DNA of 64,000 nucleotides from Alphaproteobacteria bacterium (GTDB lineage: Bacteria > Pseudomonadota > Alphaproteobacteria > MPNO01): assembly GCA_965117055.1 (NCBI GenBank), contig OZ220750.1:3501440-3565439 (forward strand). The letters run 5' to 3'. Below the pieces are notes generated by a model. It saw nothing but the letters and a program-made list of their open reading frames with translations, made no database searches and was not told where the DNA came from. Each line of letters begins with the position of its first letter. Position 1 is the stretch's first letter. Below are positions 26,295-35,630 of the stretch, in pieces. The translations under genes and the position numbers were made by a program.

Positions 26295-29200
26295 ATGCTC
26301 TCGATCGGCGCTCTCTCCTCGGCCGCCCAGGGCGCGTCCTACTACGAGCGCGACGGCTACTACGCGAAGGACGATCCCGAGCACCGGGCGGCCAGCGCCT
26401 GGGCCGGCAGGGGCGCCGGAGAACTCGGACTGGAGGGGCCGGTCGACGCCGACACCTTCCGACAGGTCCTCGAAGGCCGCGTGCCGGACGGCTCCGGGCG
26501 GCAGCTCGGCAAGCGCAGCAAGGACGGCGAGATCCTGCATCGTCCCGGCCGCGACCTCACCTTCTCGGCCCCGAAATCCGTCTCGCTGGCCGCTCTGGTC
26601 GGCGGCGACGACCGGATCGTCGAGGCGCACGACCGCGCTGTGGCCGCGACGCTGGCGTGGATCGAGAAGAACGCAGCCGAGACCCGCATGAAGGACCCGG
26701 ATACCGGGCGCATGATGCGCACGGGCGGCCAGAAGATCGTCGCCGCCACCTTTCGGCACGACACCTCGCGCAACCTGGATCCCCAACTCCACACCCACGC
26801 GGTGCTCGCAAACATGGTCCGGGGCGGGGACGGCAGATGGCGCACGATGGCCAACGAGGGGCTCTATTCGCGCCAGAAGCTGATCGGGATGCTCTACCGC
26901 AGCGAGCTCGCCGCATCGCTGTCGCGCCTCGGCTACGACATCGAGAAGAGCCATGCCGACGGCCGCTTCGAGATCGCCGGCGTGCCGCGCGAAACGGTCG
27001 AAGCCTTCTCGACCCGGCGCGCCGAGATCGAGGCGGCGATGGCGGAACGGAATCTCGGGGACACCGCCGCCAATCCGCGTCTCGCGGAGCGCGCGGCGCT
27101 GATGACGCGCGCGGCGAAGCGCGACATCGACCGCGAGGAGTTGCGCGCCGTCTGGCACCGCCAGGCCGCCAATCTGGGGCTGGACGCGCGGGCGATCGCC
27201 GCGGACGCGATGGAACGGACCGCCGGCCAGGAGGCGCAGCCTGCACCGGTCGCCGCGGATCCCGCCGCCGGCGCCCGGTCCGCCGACCGGACTCCGGATC
27301 GCATGGACGGTCCGTCCGCTGCCGCAGGGCACGATCCGAACGCCGACGCCTCGCCCGAAGCGCCACCCCTGTCGCCCGCGGCGGAGGCCATGGCATGGGC
27401 GATGGCGCATCTCTCGGAGCGCGAGGCGGTGTTCGCCCGCGCCGATCTGCTCGCCGCCGCCCTCTCCCACCGGCCCGGCGCGGTCGCGATCGGCGAGGCC
27501 GAGCGCGAGGCCGCCGCCCTGGAGAAGGCCGGACTGCTGCACGCCGTGAACCTGCCCGGCGCGGAGGACTCGCTCGCGACCGCGAAGACCGTCGGCGAGG
27601 AACGGGAGGCGATCGCCGCGATGCGCGCCGGCGCCGGCCGCGGTGCGGCCCTCATGCGAGGCTGGACGGTACAGGGGCGCCTCAGCGGCGGGCCGCTCAC
27701 CGGGGGGCAGAAGGAGGCCGTGAAGCTGATCCTGTCGGCGAAGGACCGGGTGGTGGGCGTCCAGGGCTACGCCGGCACCGGCAAGACCGCCATGCTCAAC
27801 CGGGCGCGGGCGCTCGCGGAGAAGAAGGACTGGCGGATGATCGGCCTCGCGCCCTCCGCCTCGGCGGCGCAGACGCTCGCCTCGGAGGCCGGGATCGGGA
27901 CCGAGACCCTGCAGAGATTCCTCGCCCGCAACGCCGGGGTGGCCGAGGGGCGGTTGACCGAAGACGGCGCGAAGGCGATGCGCGCCGCCTTCGAGAAGAC
28001 GATCCTGGTGGTCGACGAGGGCTCGCTGGCCTCGACCGTCCAGACCCGCAACCTGCTCCGGATCGCCAACGAAATCCGCATCCCGCGCGTCGTGCTGGTC
28101 GGAGACAGCAAGCAGCTCGACGCGGTCGATGCCGGCAAGCCCTTCGCCCAGCTCCAGGCCGCCGGGATGAAGACCGCGACGATGGACGAGATCGTCCGCC
28201 AGCGCGATCCGGTGCTGAAGGAAGCCGTCGAGGCGAGCCTCAGGGGAGACATCGAGACCGCCTTCGAGAAGCTCGGCGGCAACGTCGCCGAGGTGAAGCC
28301 CGACAATATCGCCGGCGCCGTCGCCGCGCGCTGGCTCGCGCTCTCGCCCGAAGCGCGCGAGAACACCGGCATCATGGCGCCGTCGCACGAGCTCAGGCAG
28401 GCGATCAACGGCCACATCCGCGAGCGCCTGGCGCGCGACGGGACCGTCCACGGGCCCGCGCTACAGGCCGAACGGCTGGTCTCGAAGGGCTACACCAACG
28501 CAGAGAAGGCGCTCGCCGGCAACTACGCGGCCGGCGATGTCGTGGTATTCCACCGGCCCTACAAGCGGCTCGGGGTCGAGAAAGGCGACGAGCGCCGGGT
28601 CGCCGGAGTCGACCACAAGGCCCGGGAAGTGATGCTGGCGGGCGCCGAGGACGGGATCGCGCGCTGGAAGCCGGGCGAGATCGCCGGGCGGAAGGGCGGC
28701 AGCGAGGTTTACCGGACCGAGGACATCGAGCTGCGCGCCGGCGACCGCATCCGCTGGACCCGCAACCATGACGGGCTCGGCATCGTCAACAGCGCCACCG
28801 CGACGGTCGAATCGGTCGCGGGAAACCGCGTGACCTTCGCGCTGGAGGACGGCAGGAAGCTCGAACTCGGGCGCTTCGACCCGCAGCTGCGCCATCTCGA
28901 CCATGCCTGGGCGTCGACCGTGCACGCCTTCCAGGGCCGCACGGTGGACAGGGTGATCGCCGCCATGGAGGCCAAGCACAAGCATCTCACCACCCAGAAG
29001 AGCTTTTACGTCGAGATCAGCCGCGCCCGCGACCGGGCGGAACTGGTCACCGACAACGCCGATGAGCTGAAGGCGCAGCTCGAAGCCGCCACCGGCGAGC
29101 GCATCGCCGCGCTCGAAGGCATCGGCGAGACGACGCGCGGGGAGCCGCAGAAGACGGCGGAGGCCGGTGAGATGCCCGCTTCGGGCCGGGAACACGGTCC

Positions 29201-29309
29201 CGGCGAGGGCGCCGTCAAGGCTCGGGAGGGCACGAAAACGCCCGCGAAAGACCCGGAGATGCCCACGCCGGAACGCGGCCGCGGCGCCGGAATGGACCTC
29301 GGATTGTAG
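26295..29309 (+). CDS. traI: MOBF relaxase-helicase TraI/TrwC
   Basis: The N-terminal relaxase carries the 3-His motif (HDTSRNLDPQLHTHAVLANM). The C-terminal RecD-like helicase carries GYAGTGKT and VVDEGSL. Confidence 0.9.
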   Translation: MLSIGALSSAAQGASYYERDGYYAKDDPEHRAASAWAGRGAGELGLEGPVDADTFRQVLEGRVPDGSGRQLGKRSKDGEILHRPGRDLTFSAPKSVSLAALVGGDDRIVEAHDRAVAATLAWIEKNAAETRMKDPDTGRMMRTGGQKIVAATFRHDTSRNLDPQLHTHAVLANMVRGGDGRWRTMANEGLYSRQKLIGMLYRSELAASLSRLGYDIEKSHADGRFEIAGVPRETVEAFSTRRAEIEAAMAERNLGDTAANPRLAERAALMTRAAKRDIDREELRAVWHRQAANLGLDARAIAADAMERTAGQEAQPAPVAADPAAGARSADRTPDRMDGPSAAAGHDPNADASPEAPPLSPAAEAMAWAMAHLSEREAVFARADLLAAALSHRPGAVAIGEAEREAAALEKAGLLHAVNLPGAEDSLATAKTVGEEREAIAAMRAGAGRGAALMRGWTVQGRLSGGPLTGGQKEAVKLILSAKDRVVGVQGYAGTGKTAMLNRARALAEKKDWRMIGLAPSASAAQTLASEAGIGTETLQRFLARNAGVAEGRLTEDGAKAMRAAFEKTILVVDEGSLASTVQTRNLLRIANEIRIPRVVLVGDSKQLDAVDAGKPFAQLQAAGMKTATMDEIVRQRDPVLKEAVEASLRGDIETAFEKLGGNVAEVKPDNIAGAVAARWLALSPEARENTGIMAPSHELRQAINGHIRERLARDGTVHGPALQAERLVSKGYTNAEKALAGNYAAGDVVVFHRPYKRLGVEKGDERRVAGVDHKAREVMLAGAEDGIARWKPGEIAGRKGGSEVYRTEDIELRAGDRIRWTRNHDGLGIVNSATATVESVAGNRVTFALEDGRKLELGRFDPQLRHLDHAWASTVHAFQGRTVDRVIAAMEAKHKHLTTQKSFYVEISRARDRAELVTDNADELKAQLEAATGERIAALEGIGETTRGEPQKTAEAGEMPASGREHGPGEGAVKAREGTKTPAKDPEMPTPERGRGAGMDLGL

Positions 29310-29319
29310 GGCGCCGGGC

Positions 29320-29342
29320 TCCGCCGGGAGCTCCGGCGGAGG
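29320..29342 (+). terminator. Putative intrinsic terminator hairpin after traI, with no U-tract
   Basis: A perfect 9-bp inverted repeat (CTCCGCCGG ... CCGGCGGAG) with a 5-nt loop lies about 10 nt after the traI stop. Confidence 0.35.
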
Positions 29343-29392
29343 CGCGGGAACGGCTGTTCCTGGCGACAAGCAGGTAGCGCGGGAGGACCGGA

Positions 29393-29770
29393 ATGGACGA
29401 AAGGCAGCCAGAAACCGCCCCGGCCGGGGCCGGCGGGACGGAGAAACGCAACCCGCATTCGATCCGGTTCCACGATCCGGAGTGGGAGCGGATCGAGGCC
29501 GTGGCCGAACAGCGCGGCCTGACCGGCCCGGAGTTCGTCCGCTTCGCCGCGCTGGCGGCGGTGGCGGACGGTCCGCCCGCCGGCGCGGCGGCCGACCGGA
29601 TGGCGCCCTTGATCGAGCGGACCTTCCGCGCGGCCCATATCCTGGTGTCTAAACTGCGCCACGACATGCTCGACGAAGGCTGCGAGGCGGAGTTGGACGC
29701 GCTGATCGCCGGCGCCCAAGGGCACCAGGACGACCTGCTGGGCGGCGGTCCGGACGGGGAAGACCGGTAG
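29393..29770 (+). CDS. Hypothetical small protein downstream of the relaxase, possibly a relaxosome accessory protein or regulator
   Basis: It is 125 aa with reasonable codon usage. It has no recognisable motif beyond a helical N-terminal region. Confidence 0.4.
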   Translation: MDERQPETAPAGAGGTEKRNPHSIRFHDPEWERIEAVAEQRGLTGPEFVRFAALAAVADGPPAGAAADRMAPLIERTFRAAHILVSKLRHDMLDEGCEAELDALIAGAQGHQDDLLGGGPDGEDR

Positions 29771-30506
29771 ACGAAGACCGTCCCCGCGGTCGCCGGCCGG
29801 GCGACTTCGGGCCAACCGCCGCTCTTCCGGTCCGCCCGGAAAGAGCGATTCGCCGGCGTTTCGGGCGCTTCTCCAGAGAATTGCGCATCGGTCAGGACGG
29901 TTCTCCAGAGAACCGCGCCCCGAAAAAGCACGCGATTCCAACCAGTTCTCCGCAGTTCTCCGGAGCATCGACTCGCTCCAACAAGACACGGGCAGTGGAA
30001 GGTGCCCAAAGGCGCCCCGAGGCACGCAAAATGCATGCTCCACGCGCGCATGCGCCCTCTTGCAGCCCGCTGCGTGGGGTGTGACCCCGAAGCCCGCCCC
30101 GGCGGGTCGGAAGCCTGATTTGCGCTGAACGGGGGATCGGGAAATCGACGCCGGGGAACCCGGCGGAGGGGAGCCGCCGCGGCGATTGAGCGGACGGCTC
30201 TGCGGAGCGCACTGTGCGAGGCAGTGCCGGACGACGTGCAGGCGGGCTCCGCAGGAGCGCCTGCACGAGTGCCGCGAGCGATGCGAGCGGCGGCCGGTGC
30301 ACCCATGCGCAGCATGGTGCAGCGGCGCGTGATGCGGCAGCGGAATGCAACCGCGATCGGCGAAGCCGGAGCGGGCCGAGCGAAGCGAGGCGGCGAGCGC
30401 GGCGCGAAGCGCGCGCGAGGATGCGGTGGCCGCGTCTCCGATGTGCGCACGCGGAAACGGGCCGCGCCGCCGCCGGAGCGACGACGCGGCCCGCGATGCG
30501 CTGCGG
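29771..30506 (+). promoter_or_regulatory. Repeat-rich non-coding region (candidate oriT / operator region)
   Basis: Two copies of the palindrome TTCTCCAGAGAA lie 36 bp apart, with a related TTCTCCGCAGTTCTCCGGAG. A GCGCATGCGC palindrome follows. About 730 bp has no credible ORF. Confidence 0.4.
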
Positions 30507-31433
30507 TCAGGCCGCGACGCGCTGGACGGGGATGCCGAGCTGCCGCGCCTTGTCGACGAGGTTCTCGGTGATGCCGGAGCCGGGGAACGCGATGACGCCC
30601 TTCGGCAGGAGGTTGAGCAGTTCGTCGTTGCGGCGGAACGGGGCGGCGCGACCGTGGCGGTCCCAGTCCGGCTTGCAGACGACCTGGTGGACGCCGTTGC
30701 GCTCTGCCCAGCTTGCCGCGATCTTCTCGACGCCGGGGCCGCCGCCGTGGACGAGCACCATGTCGGCGTACTTCTCGCGGGCCTTGTCGAGCCGGGCGAT
30801 GACCGCCGCCGGGTTGGCGATGTCCTTGCCGCCGGCGATGGCGACGAGGGTGCCCTGCGGCAGGTGGGCCTGCGTCTTGCGGTCCTTCCGTGCGCGCTGG
30901 TAGTCGCGGGCGTCGATGGCTGCCGAGGTGAGCTTGCCGGTCTGCGACGTGTGCGATCCGCGCCGGGGCCGCCAGACGTTGCCGGTCTCGCTGCGGTAGG
31001 CGTCGGCGGCCTCGTCGCGCAGGATCTCGAAGGCGTCGCGCCGCGCGGTGAGGTTCTGTGCGCGGTCGGTGACCAGCTCCAGCTCGCGCGACTTGATCTC
31101 GGTGCCGTCCTGGGCGCGCTGGAGGTCGCGGAGGTCCGGCATCAGCTTGTCGGCGGCGCGGTCCAGCCTCTGGGTCTGGCTGTCGAGGCAGTTGACGAAG
31201 CCCCAGAGCAGGCTCTCGCGTTCGTCGGCGAGCTGGAACCCGTCCGGTCCGACGCCCTCGGCCAGGATGCGGAACGCCTCGCTCACGGCGTCCAGCGCAT
31301 CGTCGCGGTCCCAGACGTCGCGGCTGTCGAACTCGTCGCGCTCGGGGGTCGCGCCGAACAGCGCCGCGTGCTCGCAGACTGTCGCGGTGACGGACTGTCC
31401 GCCGTTCTCGATGGTGTCGATATCGAAGGTCAT
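30507..31433 (-). CDS. SLOG-superfamily (DUF2493-like) protein
   Basis: The C-terminal Rossmann-like core reads GTLVAIAGGKDIAN...VLVHGGGPGVEKIAASWAERNGVHQVV...VIAFPGSGITENLVDKARQLGIPV. The N-terminal ~170 aa is a charged, coiled extension. Confidence 0.6.
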   Translation of the reverse strand: MTFDIDTIENGGQSVTATVCEHAALFGATPERDEFDSRDVWDRDDALDAVSEAFRILAEGVGPDGFQLADERESLLWGFVNCLDSQTQRLDRAADKLMPDLRDLQRAQDGTEIKSRELELVTDRAQNLTARRDAFEILRDEAADAYRSETGNVWRPRRGSHTSQTGKLTSAAIDARDYQRARKDRKTQAHLPQGTLVAIAGGKDIANPAAVIARLDKAREKYADMVLVHGGGPGVEKIAASWAERNGVHQVVCKPDWDRHGRAAPFRRNDELLNLLPKGVIAFPGSGITENLVDKARQLGIPVQRVAA

Positions 31434-31439
31434 GTCGAT

Positions 31440-31975
31440 CTCCCTTGATCGGTTTCACGTTCGGGGCCGATCCCCGTTGTGATGTCCTGTTGGGGCACGC
31501 GCGCACAGGGCGAGCACCTGGCCCTAGAAGGTCTTGGGCGGAGTTGGTGCGGAAAGTTGCCGAACTTGGTGCGGAAGATCGCTCCGCGATCTTCACGGTC
31601 GGCAACTTTCACGGTCCGCCCTAGAGCTTCTTGGGTCAGGCCGCAGGGAGCGCAGCGACCGGAGGACCCTTCAGGGTTGCTGGCCCGAGCACGTGTGACA
31701 CAATTGGACAGCACAGCGGGGTGGCGTATCTCTCTCCACCTGCACGGACCCCATCGGCGTTGCCGCCTGGCGCGGCGTCCGAAAGGAACCGCCGGCCTGA
31801 CAGCCTTCCCTGCCAAGCGAAGCGCGGAGCGAGCTTGCGAGCGGAGGCGATAGGGATAGGAGCGGTTATCGGAGGGAGCGCCAGCGACCGGAGATTTGAG
31901 CGGATAGCCCGGGCCGAAGGCATCGCCCAAAACGCCTGCCCCATTCGATGCGTTGCGATTGACAGACATGGCCGT
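31440..31975 (+). promoter_or_regulatory. Non-coding region with nested inverted and direct repeats (candidate ssDNA promoter / oriT-proximal structure)
   Basis: An outer inverted repeat (AAAGTTGCCGA ... TCGGCAACTTT) encloses an inner palindrome (GAAGATCGC TCC GCGATCTTC). Direct repeats CCCTAGAAGGTCTTGGG / CCCTAGAGCTTCTTGGG and TTGGTGCGGAA (x2) are also present. Confidence 0.4.
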
Positions 31976-32203
31976 TCAACCCCAGAGCGGATGCGAGAGA
32001 ACCCGTTGCTCGGCCACCTCCCGGATCCGGTTGCGGTCATGGACGCGGCAGGGACCGCGCGGGTCCTCGTCGAGGTGCACCACGAAATACCGCGCGCCTT
32101 CGCGGAGCGGATCGTCGAGCGCGTAGACGTCGCCCACATGATCGCCATCCCAGAGAATGCGCGACGCGTCCGGGGCGATGCGGCGGAAGGCGACGCCGCT
32201 CAT
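31976..32203 (-). CDS. Small hypothetical protein translationally coupled to the DUF4326 gene
   Basis: It is about 75 aa (MSGVAFRRIAPDASRILWDGDHVGDVYALDDPLREGARYFVVHLDEDPRG...) and overlaps the upstream stop by 4 nt. Confidence 0.3.
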   Translation of the reverse strand: MSGVAFRRIAPDASRILWDGDHVGDVYALDDPLREGARYFVVHLDEDPRGPCRVHDRNRIREVAEQRVLSHPLWG

Positions 32204-32535
32204 GACGCGCCCCTGTCCGCCAGCTGCCGCGATGCCCAGGCCGCCGCGTGGGCGAGCACATGCCCGTGACAGGGCAGCGGATCGCACCAGCACGCGAGCC
32301 AGCATCCGTCCAGCACGGCGAGCTCCTCCAGCGAGACCTCGCCCGCGCGGATGCGGCGCCAGAGATCCGCACGGTAGCGCGCGATGGCCTGCTCGCGGTC
32401 CTGGCCCTTGCCGATCCTGAACGGGTTGCCCCACCGGGTGCGGCGGTCGATCAGCACGGTGTTGTCTACGACCTGCGCATATTCGAACTCCTCGCGCAGC
32501 CTGGGTTCGGTCCTCAGATTGACGACGGCGTCCAT
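32200..32535 (-). CDS. DUF4326 domain protein
   Basis: It is 111 aa with RWGNPFRIG and WLACWCDPLPCHGHVL motifs characteristic of DUF4326. Confidence 0.65.
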   Translation of the reverse strand: MDAVVNLRTEPRLREEFEYAQVVDNTVLIDRRTRWGNPFRIGKGQDREQAIARYRADLWRRIRAGEVSLEELAVLDGCWLACWCDPLPCHGHVLAHAAAWASRQLADRGAS

Positions 32536-33599
32536 GTTCTCCCTCCACTCCTCGGGTCGGCTTGCCCGACCCCTCGCTCTCCTCTTCCTCCCGCGCAGCG
32601 GAACAGCGGCGCGAAGCGGGCGCGGAGCGCCGCTGAGCCGAGCGCGACCAGGTCGTCGTTGAAGTCGTTGCCTGCGGGCACGACGACGGTGGCGGCGACG
32701 CCCGCCCGCGCGCAGCGCCGGGCGAGGCGTTCGGCCGCGAGCGCGCCGTCCTCGTCGTTGTCCCGCGCGATCACCAGGCGCGCGACGCCGGGCGGCGGCG
32801 CGAACGCGCCGAGGCTCCCGGCGGAGAGCGCGGCGGCGGCCGTGATCTCAGGCACGGCGGTGACCAGCGAGAGCACGGTCTCGATACCCTCGCCGACGAC
32901 GAGCGCAGCGTCGTCGGCGGGAACGCCGAAGCGCACCGCGAAGCCGTAGATGCGGCCGAGCGCCTTGCGCGGATCGGCGACGCCCGCCTTGGCGGGCCGG
33001 CGCGGATCGAGCCAGGTGCGCTGCACGCCGAAGATCCGGCCGCCGTCGCCGGTGACGGCGGCGACCAGCGCGGGAAACCGGCGCACGGTCGAGCCTTCGC
33101 GATAGCGAAGCTCGGGATGGAAGCGCAGCGCCGCGAAGCGGCAGCGCGACAGACCCCGCGCCTGGAGATAGCGTTCGGCATGGCTGCCGTCGACCGCGCG
33201 GCAGCGCCGCCAGAGGCGGCGCGCGGCCTCGGTCGCGTCGTAAGGCGGGTCCGGCGTCTTTGCCGGTGACGCCCCCGGAACGCAGTCCGGGGCAAGCGGC
33301 AAGGCGAGGAAGCGCCGCGCCTCGTCGAGCGCCGCGCGCAGCGTCGGCGCGTTGATGCGGTAGCGGATCAGGTCGAGCAGGTCGCCGTGCTCGCCGGTCG
33401 CTGCGTCGGTCCACTTTCCCGGCTTGCCGGAGCCGGAGAGTCGCACGAACAGCGAGCGACCGCGAGCGCCGCCGAGGTCGCCGCAGATCCAGTAGCGGCC
33501 GAGCCGGCGGCCGTTCGGCAGATAGCGCCGGCAGACGTCCTCGGCGCGCGCGGCGAGCGCCGCGGCGATGGCGGCGGCGGGAGACGGGCCGTGCTGCAT
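32514..33599 (-). CDS. Toprim-domain primase-like protein (DUF7146/Toprim)
   Basis: The N-terminus reads CRRYLPNGRRLGRYWICGDLGGARGRSLFVRLSGSGKPGKWTDAATGEHGDLLDLI. The C-terminal toprim region reads ALVVGEGIETVLSL ... ARDNDEDGA. A strong SD (GAAGGAGG) precedes the ATG at 33599. Confidence 0.7.
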   Translation of the reverse strand: MQHGPSPAAAIAAALAARAEDVCRRYLPNGRRLGRYWICGDLGGARGRSLFVRLSGSGKPGKWTDAATGEHGDLLDLIRYRINAPTLRAALDEARRFLALPLAPDCVPGASPAKTPDPPYDATEAARRLWRRCRAVDGSHAERYLQARGLSRCRFAALRFHPELRYREGSTVRRFPALVAAVTGDGGRIFGVQRTWLDPRRPAKAGVADPRKALGRIYGFAVRFGVPADDAALVVGEGIETVLSLVTAVPEITAAAALSAGSLGAFAPPPGVARLVIARDNDEDGALAAERLARRCARAGVAATVVVPAGNDFNDDLVALGSAALRARFAPLFRCAGGRGERGVGQADPRSGGRTWTPSSI

Positions 33600-33739
33600 A
33601 TGGGACCTCCTTCGAGCCATGCGGGACGCCCGATACCGGCCGGCCTCCGCCTCCTGGCGGAGCCAGGAAGCGAGCGCCCCGAGCGAAGCGCGGGCGCGAG
33701 GCCGGGCCGGCAGGCCCGAGGCCGGCGGCCATGCGCCGG

Positions 33740-34291
33740 TCAGGCGCTTGGCGGATCGGCAAGCCGGCCGACATCGATCCGGCCGGTCCAGGCGGCGGTC
33801 CGCGAAGCGGGATCGCCGTCGCGGAGCTGCCGGCGCAGCTCCATCCAGAGCCGCCCCAGCACGTTCTTGCCGCGGTAGCTGTCGCCGGCGGGCTTGGCGC
33901 CCCACCAGTCGTCGCGGGTCGAGACCTCGACGATCGGCCGGTCGCCGCTGCGCGCCAGCGCGGCGTCGATCGCGGCGGCATTGGCCTCGCGCTTCATGCG
34001 CAGCACCCAGCGCATCGCGTTCACGCGTTGCGCGTTCCAGTCCGGGTTCAAGCCTGCCGCCGTGCCGCGCCCGATGGCGGCTGCCTCGCGCGCCGTAGGC
34101 GCGCAGGCGATCCGGCGCTGCACGTCTGGGGCGGCGGCGAACTTGGCCGCCTGGTACAGGTGCTCGGACGTTGCAAACGTCCACGGGCCGGCGGCGATCG
34201 GCGCCGCCAGCGGGGCGAAGTTGCTGAACTCGCCCCACGCTTCGCGGGTGAAGCGAAACGGGCAGACCTCGTCGCGGTTGTAGACACGCAT
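33740..34291 (-). CDS. NADAR (YbiA-like) family protein
   Basis: GEFSNFA, TSEHLYQAAKF, DWWG and GKNVLGRLWMELR motifs match the YbiA/NADAR fold closely. Confidence 0.75.
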   Translation of the reverse strand: MRVYNRDEVCPFRFTREAWGEFSNFAPLAAPIAAGPWTFATSEHLYQAAKFAAAPDVQRRIACAPTAREAAAIGRGTAAGLNPDWNAQRVNAMRWVLRMKREANAAAIDAALARSGDRPIVEVSTRDDWWGAKPAGDSYRGKNVLGRLWMELRRQLRDGDPASRTAAWTGRIDVGRLADPPSA

Positions 34292-34381
34292 GCCGTCATC
34301 CTCCGTTGGCGGGCGGCGGGCTCCCTCGGCGCCGCCGCGATTCGACCGCGCGTAAGCGCACCTCCACTCCTGAGGGGCCGC

Positions 34382-34837
34382 CTACCGGCCGGTAGGCTCG
34401 TGGATGAGGATGGAGACCGCCTCGCAGGGCGCGAGGCGGGCGACCAGCAGGGAGCGGACGTCGGGCCAGGGCAGGCCGCCCAGGCCGCATCCGAGCGGCG
34501 GAACCGCGACGGAGCGGATGGTGCGGCGAGCGAGGATGCCGGCGAGATCGTCGAGGCCGGCGGCGATGTCCTCGATGCGGCTGCGGTCGCGCCAGTGGCG
34601 CTTGGTCGGGAAGTTGACGACGAAGCGCGGCAACCCGGCGCCGGCGTCGAAGACGAAGCAGCGCCCGGGCCGGACCTCCCGGCGCGCGCAGGCGTCCCGG
34701 TAGCCCTCGAAGTTGGCCGGGAAGCGGTGCCTGAACTGGAGGGCGAGGCCCTTGCCCATCACGCCGACGCAGTTGACGGGATTGACGAGGGCCTCGCAGC
34801 CGGAGGCGAAGAGGTCGCCCTGAACGAAACGGATCAT
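34382..34837 (-). CDS. Macro domain protein (ADP-ribose binding/processing)
   Basis: It starts MIRFVQGDLFASGCEALVNPVNCVGVMGKGLALQF..., with the Macro signature N..N..G.MG.G.A..F. It is 151 aa. Confidence 0.7.
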   Translation of the reverse strand: MIRFVQGDLFASGCEALVNPVNCVGVMGKGLALQFRHRFPANFEGYRDACARREVRPGRCFVFDAGAGLPRFVVNFPTKRHWRDRSRIEDIAAGLDDLAGILARRTIRSVAVPPLGCGLGGLPWPDVRSLLVARLAPCEAVSILIHEPTGR

Positions 34838-34887
34838 GACGCAGCTCCTGTCGAGAGAAGATCGAGACAAGACCGGCTCCGCCCGGC

Positions 34888-35472
34888 TCACGGGCGGCCG
34901 CCGGCGGGTGCGAGCGTCCGGAAGGTGGCCGAGAGGCGCGTCGCGGCCTGGCCGGCAGTGTCGGCGCGGTCGATGCCGTGCATCCACGCCGAGCGCGCGC
35001 GGCCCGCGAGGACGAGGAGCGAGCGGCGGGGGAGCACCGCCACCTCGTCGCCCGGCAGCCCGTCGCGGGCGTAGGGGCGCACCGAGCGCGGACGGAAGCG
35101 CATCGGCCAGTCGGCGGCGAGCGACAGGGAGGCCACCACGGGCCCGAAGTCCCGGTGGTCGGCGTGCATGCCGATGCCTTGGCCCGGTCGGTACTCGTTG
35201 ACGATGCACTGCACTGGAAGCGCCCCGCCGAAGTGTTCCCGCAGCCGGTCCGCCATCGCGTCAGCCCACCGCGGGAACGGCGTAGCCGGAACCGGGCGGC
35301 TGGCGCCCCGGTAGTCGTAGCGGTAGCCGTAGTGCTGCACGCGGCGACTGAGCTCGGTCATCCAGGGCGCCTGGGCGATGCGGAGCAGGATGCGCTCCTC
35401 CTCGGCCGGGGTGACGAAATCGGGGACGATGACGGCCCCCTGGGCGAAGACGCTCTCGGTGTCGCCGGTCAT
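34888..35472 (-). CDS. alkB: AlkB-like 2OG-Fe(II) dioxygenase (DNA/RNA dealkylation repair)
   Basis: It carries the HxD...H facial triad (MHADHRDF ... WMHGI) and R..S.T.R near the C-terminus. It is 194 aa. Confidence 0.8.
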   Translation of the reverse strand: MTGDTESVFAQGAVIVPDFVTPAEEERILLRIAQAPWMTELSRRVQHYGYRYDYRGASRPVPATPFPRWADAMADRLREHFGGALPVQCIVNEYRPGQGIGMHADHRDFGPVVASLSLAADWPMRFRPRSVRPYARDGLPGDEVAVLPRRSLLVLAGRARSAWMHGIDRADTAGQAATRLSATFRTLAPAGGRP

Positions 35473-35630
35473 GCTCTCTCTCCTCGCAAGTGCGAACGCC
35501 CCTTCCAGCGCTTCTCCCGAACTCCGGCGCCGGGATGGGGAAGAAAAGCTCCGGCCCGTCAGCAGAAAAAAGGGGACCGACGCCGAAGCGCCGGCCCCCG
35601 AGGCGGGAGGGAGGGACGATGACGGGCCGT

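Noticed and set aside
26657-28771. A 704-aa alternate + frame ORF inside traI, and minus ORFs at 25866-28451 and 26557-27396
   Set aside because: They are Arg-rich nonsense. The traI frame carries the relaxase 3-His and helicase Walker motifs.
29892-30350. A 152-aa minus-strand ORF and other small ORFs in the post-relaxase gap
   Set aside because: They have no SD and low-complexity sequence. The region is better explained as a non-coding repeat/palindrome region.
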